Of a DNA stretch of 58,426 nucleotides, positions 9,911 to 18,044 are shown piece by piece; within the stretch, counting starts at the first letter, position 1; each line of letters opens with the position of its first letter. Origin of the DNA: a virus. Taxonomy: Duplodnaviria > Caudoviricetes. Location of the stretch: the IMG/VR virus record IMGVR_UViG_3300046012_001130, positions 1-58,426 of that record. One strand, written 5' to 3'. The notes beneath the pieces were generated by a model. The model had not been told where the DNA came from. It saw only the letters and a program-made list of their open reading frames with translations, and did no database searches. The position numbers and the translations under genes are program-made.

Positions 9911-10227
9911 TCATGCCGAGGATCGTCACTCGCGAAGCACTCGATCTGAAGTTGCGGGCCTTCGGAGTCGGCGATCGGGTTCGCGAGCGCATTCTTCGCC
10001 TCAATCCTTCCGTTGACGAAGGCACGCGGCTGCGCGGCTGCTTTAACCGATACCGAAAAACCAACCGGCTGATCGCCGGCGAGATGACGCGCGGCGAATT
10101 CATCAAAGCCCATGGCGCCGAAGCATGGGCGCACCTGCCGGCATCCGCATTCGTCAAGGATGGAAAGCGGCGCATCGTCCGCGCGGGTTGGGACACGGCA
10201 TCTGATATCGCGGGACGATTCACATGA
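9907..10227 (+). CDS. Hypothetical protein
   Basis: Overlaps both neighbouring genes; start may be ATG 9913. Confidence 0.5.
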   Translation: MIMPRIVTREALDLKLRAFGVGDRVRERILRLNPSVDEGTRLRGCFNRYRKTNRLIAGEMTRGEFIKAHGAEAWAHLPASAFVKDGKRRIVRAGWDTASDIAGRFT

Positions 10228-10535
10228 AACTTGCGCTCGTTGAGGTTGATCTCGCGTTTCTCGCAGAGATTCTTCCCGTGCTCGGCGATGCCGGCCTCGC
10301 GGTCACCGGCGTCATGTCGCTACGGGACAATTATGTCGCCGTCAGTTTCGAAACGCCTGCAGATATTCTGCCGGTCGATTGTGAGAATGATCGCCGCCTC
10401 GTCGTCATGACGTTCACGCGTGAGCAATACGGTTCCCAACGTATGACGCGCGTTGAATCGATCAGGCTTGCTTCAGCCGACACAATGAAAGGCTTCAAGT
10501 CGCGCTGCTGGCTGCTCGGCGCCGGCTTTCCCTGA
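10224..10535 (+). CDS. Hypothetical protein
   Basis: ATGA overlap with the upstream ORF. Confidence 0.55.
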   Translation: MKLALVEVDLAFLAEILPVLGDAGLAVTGVMSLRDNYVAVSFETPADILPVDCENDRRLVVMTFTREQYGSQRMTRVESIRLASADTMKGFKSRCWLLGAGFP

Positions 10536-10542
10536 GTTTCAA

Positions 10543-10619
10543 TGTGGGGTGGAGCAGTCCGGTAGCTCGCCAGGCTCATAACCTGGAGGTCGCCAGTTCA
10601 AATCTGGCCCCCGCAACCA
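10543..10619 (+). tRNA. tRNA-Met(CAT), initiator (fMet)-like, CCA encoded
   Basis: Full cloverleaf TGTGGGG-TGGAGCAGTCCGGTAGCTCG-CCAGG-CTCATAA-CCTGG-AGGTC-GCCAG-TTCAAAT-CTGGC-CCCCGCA-ACCA; closely resembles bacterial tRNA-fMet. Confidence 0.95.
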
Positions 10620-10651
10620 TTTCAGCGCTCACAATCTAAAAGGATCGTCTC

Positions 10652-11179
10652 ATGCAGACCGGGATACTTAGTCAAGACAACGGCGCGATCTCGGCTGAGG
10701 ATTGGGCGCAGACCTCCGCTGCCATGCTCCTCATGGCAATAAAAGTCGATCCGGCGTCGCCACGCAGGACGCAGATCGAAATGGCGAAGAATCGCGTTCA
10801 GGCACCGCTTGCGGCCATTTTTTTCAAACATCATGAAGCAGTGCAACGCTTCGAGCGGGAGAAACTCGCTGCCGGCGACCACACTCGGCTGCTGCTCGAC
10901 TTGGACATCGCCGAGCACACCGATGTAGACCAATGCGTGGGCGATGTACTCGCCATCGTCGAGCCGCTGTTGTCCAACCCGCAGTTGTTCAGGGCTGGCG
11001 AAGTAACCTCTGATCACGATCATATCATCGCGCATATCTCCGAAGTCGTTCGCCAGCGGTCGGAGATGGACCTTCGCACCACGCTCTGGATCGAGCGCTC
11101 CTGGCACGCCGATCGGCATCCTGATCACGAACATTCGAAGGCCTTTCGCGCCGCCTCTGCCGCGCCTGACGCCGCCTGA
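10652..11179 (+). CDS. Hypothetical protein
   Basis: AAGGA RBS; 175 aa. Confidence 0.65.
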   Translation: MQTGILSQDNGAISAEDWAQTSAAMLLMAIKVDPASPRRTQIEMAKNRVQAPLAAIFFKHHEAVQRFEREKLAAGDHTRLLLDLDIAEHTDVDQCVGDVLAIVEPLLSNPQLFRAGEVTSDHDHIIAHISEVVRQRSEMDLRTTLWIERSWHADRHPDHEHSKAFRAASAAPDAA

Positions 11180-11221
11180 GCTTCGCGCCGCCATATCGAC
11201 TGCCTGCCGTAGGAGGCTGAA

Positions 11222-11914
11222 ATTTCCATCACAACCGCCGTAGCCTATAGCGCCAAGGCCGAATGGCCGATGGGGGCGCATTCTTTTCTTGCGACTCAAT
11301 CGAACGTTTCGTGTTCCGGTACGAGCACCCAAAAAACACTGACGGGACTTGCCTCGACCGCCGGCCTTGTCAAAGGCATGGCAGCGAGCGGCACCAATGT
11401 CGCCTCGGGTGCGCAGATCAAAACAATCGATTCCGCCACGCAGGTGACGCTGACCGATGCACATACGGGTTCGGTCACTTCGGTCACTTTCACCGCCGAC
11501 GCCTTCAAATTCGCGCTGATCAAGGACTCGCCGGCCAATTCCTATTCCGGCACGCTGACCAATTACGGTTCCGGCAGCGGCACGCCGACCACCAGCAATC
11601 TGGGCACCGACGAGGCTTCCGGCACCGGCTATTCGGCCGGCGGATTCGCGCTTACCAATATTTCGCCGCAGGTTGGCACGACCAAGGCCTATTGGTCATT
11701 CTCGGTCAATCCAAGCTGGACCTCGGCGACCATTTCGACCGATGGCGGCATCGTCTACAATACCAGCGTTCGACTCGGTGCGGCGGCCACGCCGCTGGGC
11801 GGTCGAGTGATCTCGGTCCACGATTTTGGCGGCGCCCAGACGGTCTCAGCCGGCACGCTCACCGTCTTGCTGCCGACCAACGCGGAAAGCACCGCGCTGC
11901 TGTCGATCAGCTAG
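11222..11914 (+). CDS. Virion fibre/structural subunit, probable ATT start
   Basis: AGGAGG at 11211-11216 then ATT-TCC-ATC-ACA-ACC gives (M)SITTAVAYSAKAEW...HSF. Contains FKFALIK, EASGTGYSAGG and VHDFGG motifs of a common phage structural family. Alternative start ATG 11270. Confidence 0.7.
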   Translation: MSITTAVAYSAKAEWPMGAHSFLATQSNVSCSGTSTQKTLTGLASTAGLVKGMAASGTNVASGAQIKTIDSATQVTLTDAHTGSVTSVTFTADAFKFALIKDSPANSYSGTLTNYGSGSGTPTTSNLGTDEASGTGYSAGGFALTNISPQVGTTKAYWSFSVNPSWTSATISTDGGIVYNTSVRLGAAATPLGGRVISVHDFGGAQTVSAGTLTVLLPTNAESTALLSIS

Positions 11915-11928
11915 CCGCGCCGCAAGTC

Positions 11929-13947
11929 ATGGCGATCGGCGCGCTCACTGGGGTTGTAGACCCCACCGCCAACATCCAAAATTCCGGCGCGAACTCGCCG
12001 GGTACGGCATCAGACGCGCCGGCCGGCTCGCTCATCATCTGCGTGCTGCTGCCGAATGACCCGAATTCTAGCATTACGGCGTTTTCTGACAGCGTCGGCA
12101 ACACTTACACGATCGTCCAGCCTGCGGCGACATCGGGCATCTACAGCGTCGCGGTCGCCTATTGCCAGAACACCGCGCACGATCTGCCGAGCGGCGGCAC
12201 GTTCAGCGCTACGCTTTCGGGCGGCGGCCAATGGCAAATCGGCGCCTACTTTATTTCAGGCTGCAACGGCGGCGTGTCGACGCCAGTTACGGTCAATCAT
12301 TCGGCCGCCACGTCGAGCTCCCAATCGACCGGCACGCTCGCGAGCGCGAACGCGCTTGTGCTCAGCGTTTTCGGTGCTGCCAACTCGTCGACGATCACGT
12401 CGCCGTCCGGTTGGATCAATCAATCCAAAAGCTCATTCACTTCGATCGATTCCAAGATCGTCAGCTCGACCGCGAGCGTAACGGCCGCCTATAGCTGGAC
12501 GGCGTCCGGTAGCTATTCACAGGTGACGATCGCTTTTTATGCGACGTCGGGCGTTTCCATCTCGCCTCCGGCGGTTTCCTGCACCGCCTCGGCTGCAGGG
12601 CTCGCGGGCTCGGTTTCGCCCGCATCTTCGCCAGCTGCCGCGACCGCTTCGGCCGGCAGCCTCGCTCCGTCTATCGCATCAACACCGGCATCAGCCGGCG
12701 CGACGGGCGTGGCGCGGTCGCTGTTGATCGAGGAATCGTTTACCGTGCTGGCGGCCGCCGCGAGCGCCTTGGCCCGGGCACTCAGCGTCGCGCAATCGGC
12801 CTCCGTTTCGGTCTCGCAGGCTGCGGCGACGGCTGCGGCGGCTGGCGTGACGCCCGCTTCACAACCGCTCAGCGCTGCCGCCAGCGCCAGCGCCGCGGCC
12901 GCGGGGCTCGCGGCACGCATCGACTTCACCCTCAGACAGGCGCTTGCTACCGCTGTAGCTGCCGCAGTTCCTGCTAGTTCCGGCCTTCCGATCGCCGGCG
13001 CCGCGGCTTCCGCCGCGAGCCTGGCACTTCACGCGGACCTCCTCGCATTCGGTGCGGCCGCGGCGGCACTCGCCGCCGCTAGTCCCGGCGCCGGCGCGAT
13101 CGGGCTCGCGCCGGCCAGAGCCGAGGCCGTCGTCGGGCAGGGCGCTCTCAGCCTGGCGATCGAGACCTTCGTCGCGCAGGCCGCGGCGGCGGCTGAATCC
13201 GCCAGCATTTCTTTTGCCGGCGAAACCGTCGCGAATCCTTCCCAAGCTGCCTGCGCGGCCGTGGCGCGGTCGCTGGCTGCGTCACTAGACTTCGAGGGGC
13301 TCGCGGCGCAGGCGGGAGCGGAAGCGGCTCCCTTGGCCACCACAATTGATGCGCAGGCCCTTCAAGCCGGCGCTGCCGCAACAGCCCGCGGTCCGGCGCT
13401 CGATCTTTCGATCGTGGGCCTCCGCGCTACCGCTGCCGCCAGCGCCGGGGCGCTGGCCCCGCTTCTATCTTTCACGACGATGCAGGCCGGCGTCGCGGCT
13501 AATGCCAACGGGCCTGCGTCGGCCGTTTCGGAGGCGGCGCCGGCGGCGCGCGCCACGGCTGCCGCCGGCTCGCTCGCCTTCGCGCTGCTGCCGATCGCCC
13601 TGCAAGCCGCCGCCGCCGCCAACGCCAACGCGCCGGCGGCGGCCGAGACTTTCGCATCGCCTTCGGCTTCCGCGTCTGCCCAGGCGGCGCCGATCAATGC
13701 GAGCGGTCTGCCCAGCCTCTCCGCGCAGGCCTCGGCTTCGGCGCGCGGCTTCAGCATAACGATCGCTTTTGGACTTTCCGGCGCCCATGTCCTTGCCCGC
13801 GCCGCCACGCTCGTCATCGAGAGGCGACAGATCGGCCCGGTCGAGACCCGCTACTATCGGACCGTCAACCGTGCCGCTTACGTGAGACCGGCCGCGACGG
13901 CGCGTTATGCCGAGGTCGCCAGTGCCTTTTACGCGGAGGCGAGCTGA
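11929..13947 (+). CDS. Long Ala-rich repetitive virion (fibre-associated) protein
   Basis: ATG 11929 after the previous stop; globular N-domain followed by many AAAxAxAxxL-type repeats. Confidence 0.7.
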   Translation: MAIGALTGVVDPTANIQNSGANSPGTASDAPAGSLIICVLLPNDPNSSITAFSDSVGNTYTIVQPAATSGIYSVAVAYCQNTAHDLPSGGTFSATLSGGGQWQIGAYFISGCNGGVSTPVTVNHSAATSSSQSTGTLASANALVLSVFGAANSSTITSPSGWINQSKSSFTSIDSKIVSSTASVTAAYSWTASGSYSQVTIAFYATSGVSISPPAVSCTASAAGLAGSVSPASSPAAATASAGSLAPSIASTPASAGATGVARSLLIEESFTVLAAAASALARALSVAQSASVSVSQAAATAAAAGVTPASQPLSAAASASAAAAGLAARIDFTLRQALATAVAAAVPASSGLPIAGAAASAASLALHADLLAFGAAAAALAAASPGAGAIGLAPARAEAVVGQGALSLAIETFVAQAAAAAESASISFAGETVANPSQAACAAVARSLAASLDFEGLAAQAGAEAAPLATTIDAQALQAGAAATARGPALDLSIVGLRATAAASAGALAPLLSFTTMQAGVAANANGPASAVSEAAPAARATAAAGSLAFALLPIALQAAAAANANAPAAAETFASPSASASAQAAPINASGLPSLSAQASASARGFSITIAFGLSGAHVLARAATLVIERRQIGPVETRYYRTVNRAAYVRPAATARYAEVASAFYAEAS

Positions 13948-14258
13948 TGCCGGCAGCGAGCAATGATTTCTCGACGCTCGGCACCAGCGAGAGCCCGTTC
14001 CGCTCGATCGATTTCGCCGACGGCCTCGCCGCCGGCGAGACGATCCAATCCGCCGCCTGCACGATCAGCGTTCTCGAAGGCACCGATGCCGATGCCGCCG
14101 ATCGGGTGATTAGCGGGCCGTCCATTTCAGGCAGCATCATCACCGTACAGCTCGGCACCATGCTCGACGCCGTCACTTATCGCGTGCTGATCACAGTCAC
14201 CACCAGCCTCGGCCAGGTGCTGTCGGCTTTTTGCCAGCAGCCTTGCGCAGCGCCGTAA
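13947..14258 (+). CDS. Fibre adaptor-like protein
   Basis: IDFADGLAAGETIQSA...YRVLITVTTSLGQVL pattern; TGATG coupling. Confidence 0.6.
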   Translation: MPAASNDFSTLGTSESPFRSIDFADGLAAGETIQSAACTISVLEGTDADAADRVISGPSISGSIITVQLGTMLDAVTYRVLITVTTSLGQVLSAFCQQPCAAP

Positions 14259-14270
14259 GGACCGGCCTTC

Positions 14271-14627
14271 ATGGATGCTAATTCGGTCGACGCCATCTAT
14301 CGGCGCGCCTTGGCCTCGCGGTCCGGGCCCGGGGCCATGGTGACCTTGATCCGCGCGTTCGGCGAGGGGGCGGGCCGTTACAGCGTGCATGCCTTTGTGC
14401 GCGGCTATACGCCCGCCGATGTCGTCGGCGCCGTGCAGCAGGGCCGTCGCAAGGCCATCGTGCTGGGTTCGGACGTCGTGAAGTGCGGCTTCCCTTTGCC
14501 GTTCAAGCCGAAGCAGGATCGGCTCGAATGGGGCGAGCATACCGATGTGATCTTCGCTGTCGATGACGCGACGGGACAGATTCAGGGCGTGACGATTGCC
14601 TACGAATTGGAACTGCAAGGCAGCTGA
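14271..14627 (+). CDS. Head closure/head-tail joining protein (probable)
   Basis: Size and position; C-terminal AYELELQG. Confidence 0.6.
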   Translation: MDANSVDAIYRRALASRSGPGAMVTLIRAFGEGAGRYSVHAFVRGYTPADVVGAVQQGRRKAIVLGSDVVKCGFPLPFKPKQDRLEWGEHTDVIFAVDDATGQIQGVTIAYELELQGS

Positions 14628-15307
14628 TGGCGCTGCGCACCCGCATGCAGCCGCTGGCGAAGAACTTTCTCGTTGCGCCTGGCGGCGCGCTTTCACGCGA
14701 GGCCGGTGCGCAAGTCGTCGCCGATATCGCCCGCACCGAGATTGAAGCTGCGCTCGCACAGGATGCCGAGTTGCTCGGCCATGCCCCGGCCTACGAGACC
14801 TTCGTTAACGGCTCCGTGTCGGCCCGGCTCGATACGGTGCGGCCGGGCCAGGCGATCGTCGCGCTGTTCGAGATCGACGCGGATGTCGTGCAATTCGTCT
14901 GGGATTTGATCAAGGCGAGCGCGCCGGTCCTTTCGGGGCGGTTCCGCGATTCGCAACGCCTTTATGCCGATGGCGTCGAAGTCGCGGCGCCAAGCGACTG
15001 TGCCGGCGCCAAAGAAGTCGTGATTCTCTCCATCGTGCCCTATGCCCGCAAGATCGAGGGCCATCCCGGCCGACCGCCGCAATCGAAACAGGCGCCGAAC
15101 GGCGTCTACCAGGCCGCCGCCGCGCTGGCCGCCGCCCGCTATGGCAATATTGCCAAAATCTCTTTCAGTTTTCGCAATCCGGTCGGCGGGGCGACGATGC
15201 TCGAAGCCTGGGCGCTGCCCCACGCGGCCCGGGTCAGCGAGCGACGTCGCCTGAAGCAATATCAGCGAGACACGCGGCAGCCCGCCGTGATCATGAACTT
15301 CGGGTGA
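14627..15307 (+). CDS. Tail completion/neck protein (HK97 gp10-like)
   Basis: APVLSGRFRDS, VPYARKIE and SKQAPNGVY motifs. Confidence 0.7.
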   Translation: MALRTRMQPLAKNFLVAPGGALSREAGAQVVADIARTEIEAALAQDAELLGHAPAYETFVNGSVSARLDTVRPGQAIVALFEIDADVVQFVWDLIKASAPVLSGRFRDSQRLYADGVEVAAPSDCAGAKEVVILSIVPYARKIEGHPGRPPQSKQAPNGVYQAAAALAAARYGNIAKISFSFRNPVGGATMLEAWALPHAARVSERRRLKQYQRDTRQPAVIMNFG

Positions 15308-15311
15308 CAGC

Positions 15312-15734
15312 ATGGCGTCGAAAGCGGTGATGGACGCGGTCGCCGCCGAGCTCGCAAGTGCATGGGGAGCGATCGCGGCATCGATCCGGATCATCCCGCC
15401 GAACGACGTAGCGGCGGTGCCGGCCGACGGGTCGGCCTTTCTCGCCTACGAATTCCCGCTCGCGAGCGAAGATCAGATCACCATCGGCGCGCCCGGCGAC
15501 AATGTGTTCCGGGAGACCGGCGCGTTTCGCATCGTGCTTTGCGCGCCTATCGGCAGCGGCGTCGATCCCTGGGCCGGTTACGTCGATGCGCTTCGCGCTG
15601 CCTTCCGGGCTCGGCAGTTTTCCGGCGTCAATTGCTGGGCGCCGTCGCCGCCTGCCATCGACAATCAATCGGACCGTGGCGCCTATTTCGAGTTCTCCTT
15701 CGCTATTCCCTATTACTTCGACCTCGCCGGCTGA
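15312..15734 (+). CDS. Tail terminator-like protein
   Basis: Position before the tube gene; FRETGAFRIVL motif. Confidence 0.7.
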   Translation: MASKAVMDAVAAELASAWGAIAASIRIIPPNDVAAVPADGSAFLAYEFPLASEDQITIGAPGDNVFRETGAFRIVLCAPIGSGVDPWAGYVDALRAAFRARQFSGVNCWAPSPPAIDNQSDRGAYFEFSFAIPYYFDLAG

Positions 15735-15746
15735 CGGAGCCCTGCC

Positions 15747-17219
15747 ATGACGATCGACATCAACAGCACCAATCGCGTCGCGCACGGCAAGGTCCGCGAG
15801 TCGACGTTCGGCGTCATTCCGACGAGCCCCGCGATCAAAGCTATCCGGGTCACTTCGTCCAGCTTGAGCGCCAAGCCGACGACGATCGTCTCCGACGAAA
15901 TTCGCTCCGATCGCCAGGTAACCGATCTCAATCTCGTCGGCACGCAAGCCGATGGGGATGTCGGCGCGGAACTGTCCTTTCTGGCGCAGGACGATGACTT
16001 CGAGGAGGTGCTGCAGAGCGCCTGGGTCAGCAATCCGAACATCGTCAATATCGCCGCCGACACGCAGATCAGCGCGCTGACAGCGACGACGGCCACGGTG
16101 GCGGCGGGCGGCGCCGCCTTTCTCGCCGGCATGATCGCGCTTTTGTCTGGATTTACGACCGCCGGCAACAACAAGGCCGCTGTCGTTGCCTCGAGCACCG
16201 CGACGACCGTCGTTTTTCCATCCTCGACGTTCACCGAGGAAGCCGGCGCGATCCCGGTCGGCGCGTCGCTCCGCGCGGTTGGCGTGCAAGGCGCCGCCAG
16301 CGATATTGTGGCGACCGCCGGCCCGAACGGTCTCAGCTCGACGCTGCTCGATTTCACCACCCTCGGCCTCGTCGCCGGCCAATGGATAAAAGTCGGGGGC
16401 GCCGCGGCCGGCGCAAAGTTCGCGACCGCCGCCAACAACGATTGGTGCCGCATTCTGTCGATCGCCGCGGATGCGATGCTCTTCGACCGCGTGCCGGCAT
16501 CCTGGGGCGCCGACGTTGGTACCGGCAAGACGATCTCGATCTTCTTCGGCGATTATCTGCGCAACGGATCGACGCTCCTTTCGTCGACCTTCGAGCGGCA
16601 ATATCTCGATCAGAGTCCGGTCTCCTACGAATATCTGACCGGCATGTGCCTCGACAAAGTGGCGCTCACCGTCTCGTCGCAAAAAATCATGACGATGGTG
16701 AAATCCTATATCGGCGAGACCGGCACGATTTCAACTTCACGCGCCTCCGGCGCCAGCGATGTTGCAGCGCCGGTCAATCAGATCCTCAACGCATCGGCCA
16801 ATGTCGGCCGCCTCGGCGTCAACGGCGCGACTGTGACGGGGCCGAATTATGTGATGGAGGCGACGATCGACATCGCCAACAATCTGCGACCCCTCAATGC
16901 CGTCGGCAATCTCGGCGCCATCGGCATGGGCAACGGCGAGTTCACGTTGACCGGCTCGCTCAATACCTATTTCGGCGATCTGACCTATTACAATCTTCTG
17001 CTCGCCAACAGCGCCAGTTCCTTCGACTTCCGCGTTGGCCGCGCCGATGGCAACAAAGAGGCCTATTTGTTCGACATGCCGCGCATGAAATTCTCCTCTG
17101 GCGCACCGACCGTGCCAGGCAAGAACCAGAACGTCATGCTGCCGCTCGCTTTCCAGGCCCTGCGCGATCCGACGCTAGGCTACACCATCCACATGCAGAG
17201 GCATTGGTATCTGGAATAA
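15747..17219 (+). CDS. Major tail tube protein with inserted domain
   Basis: ESTFGVIP, SDEIRSDRQ, DIANNLR and GSLNTYF motifs. Confidence 0.85.
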   Translation: MTIDINSTNRVAHGKVRESTFGVIPTSPAIKAIRVTSSSLSAKPTTIVSDEIRSDRQVTDLNLVGTQADGDVGAELSFLAQDDDFEEVLQSAWVSNPNIVNIAADTQISALTATTATVAAGGAAFLAGMIALLSGFTTAGNNKAAVVASSTATTVVFPSSTFTEEAGAIPVGASLRAVGVQGAASDIVATAGPNGLSSTLLDFTTLGLVAGQWIKVGGAAAGAKFATAANNDWCRILSIAADAMLFDRVPASWGADVGTGKTISIFFGDYLRNGSTLLSSTFERQYLDQSPVSYEYLTGMCLDKVALTVSSQKIMTMVKSYIGETGTISTSRASGASDVAAPVNQILNASANVGRLGVNGATVTGPNYVMEATIDIANNLRPLNAVGNLGAIGMGNGEFTLTGSLNTYFGDLTYYNLLLANSASSFDFRVGRADGNKEAYLFDMPRMKFSSGAPTVPGKNQNVMLPLAFQALRDPTLGYTIHMQRHWYLE

Positions 17220-17280
17220 CAGTTCCCACCCTTTCGGCCATCCACTCGCTTAATACAATTCCTTTGTTGAAGGTGATCCT

Positions 17281-17712
17281 TTGAATCTCTCGAGCATCAA
17301 GATCGATTCCACTCGCATCGACGGCGGCGAATGGGTTGAGGAAATCCCGGGCCTCGGCGATCTGCGGCTGAAGGTGCGCGGTGCGCAATGCGCCGCTGCC
17401 AAAGAGCTACGCGCTAAGATGATGCGGGCGTTGCCGCGCAGCGACGTGCGCCGCGACGGTTCGCTGCCGGTCGCGGTGGCGGAGCGCATTCAAAACGAGG
17501 TCCTGGCCGGCGCCATATTGCTCGACTGGGATAATCTCGCGATCGACGACAGCGCCGAGAAAGCCCCCTTTAGCCCGGACCTGGCGCGAAAACTGCTCGC
17601 CGACCCCGATTACGATCTTTTCCGCGCCGGCGTTGCCTATGCCGCCGAAATCGTTCAGGCCGGCCGCGCTGAGCACGAAGAGGATCTGCTGGGAAACTCC
17701 AAAGCGCCCTAG
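17281..17712 (+). CDS. Tail assembly chaperone (G-like)
   Basis: Between tube and tape measure genes; GEWV...LRLKVRG...LLDWDNL; ends with a slippery site; TTG start. Confidence 0.8.
   Translation: MNLSSIKIDSTRIDGGEWVEEIPGLGDLRLKVRGAQCAAAKELRAKMMRALPRSDVRRDGSLPVAVAERIQNEVLAGAILLDWDNLAIDDSAEKAPFSPDLARKLLADPDYDLFRAGVAYAAEIVQAGRAEHEEDLLGNSKAP
17691..17697 (+). promoter_or_regulatory. -1 programmed ribosomal frameshift heptamer G GGA AAC
   Basis: In the correct codon phase; the -1 frame stays open to 18032. Confidence 0.85.
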
Positions 17713-18032
17713 GCTGGCAGCTCGAATGGGCGGAGCATGCCGATCATCTCGCCGATGCCTTCGAGGCTGACGGACGGCCGCTGCCGGACCATTTGCTGCG
17801 ACCGCTGCTGCGGCCGGAGGCGGTCGCGCTGTTCGAAGCCTGGTCGGAACTTTCTTCCGATCGGTCGATGGGCCTGACGATCGGGCCCATTCCTTTCGCC
17901 TCGATCGACCGTTACGCGGCGCGCTACGGCTTCGACGCGCCGGACGATTTCGATCTGCTCCGCCGCGCCGTGCGCGCCATGGATGCGGTCTATTTCGAAT
18001 ATCGGGCGCAGCAGACGGCAGCACGGAAATAG
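17691..18032 (+). CDS. Tail assembly chaperone GT extension (-1 frame)
   Basis: Reads KLQSALGWQLEW...AWSELSSDRSMG...GPIPFASIDRYA. Confidence 0.8.
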   Translation, partial: GKLQSALGWQLEWAEHADHLADAFEADGRPLPDHLLRPLLRPEAVALFEAWSELSSDRSMGLTIGPIPFASIDRYAARYGFDAPDDFDLLRRAVRAMDAVYFEYRAQQTAARK

Positions 18033-18044
18033 ACGGAGGGGACG

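Noticed and set aside
11263-11928. N-terminal 222 codons of the 894-aa ORF
   Set aside because: Off-frame shadow of the 11222-11914 gene; the real start is probably 11929.
2176-16682. Long minus-strand ORFs (2176-3735, 4936-6378, 8513-9847, 15291-16682)
   Set aside because: Antisense shadows of real genes, expected at high GC.
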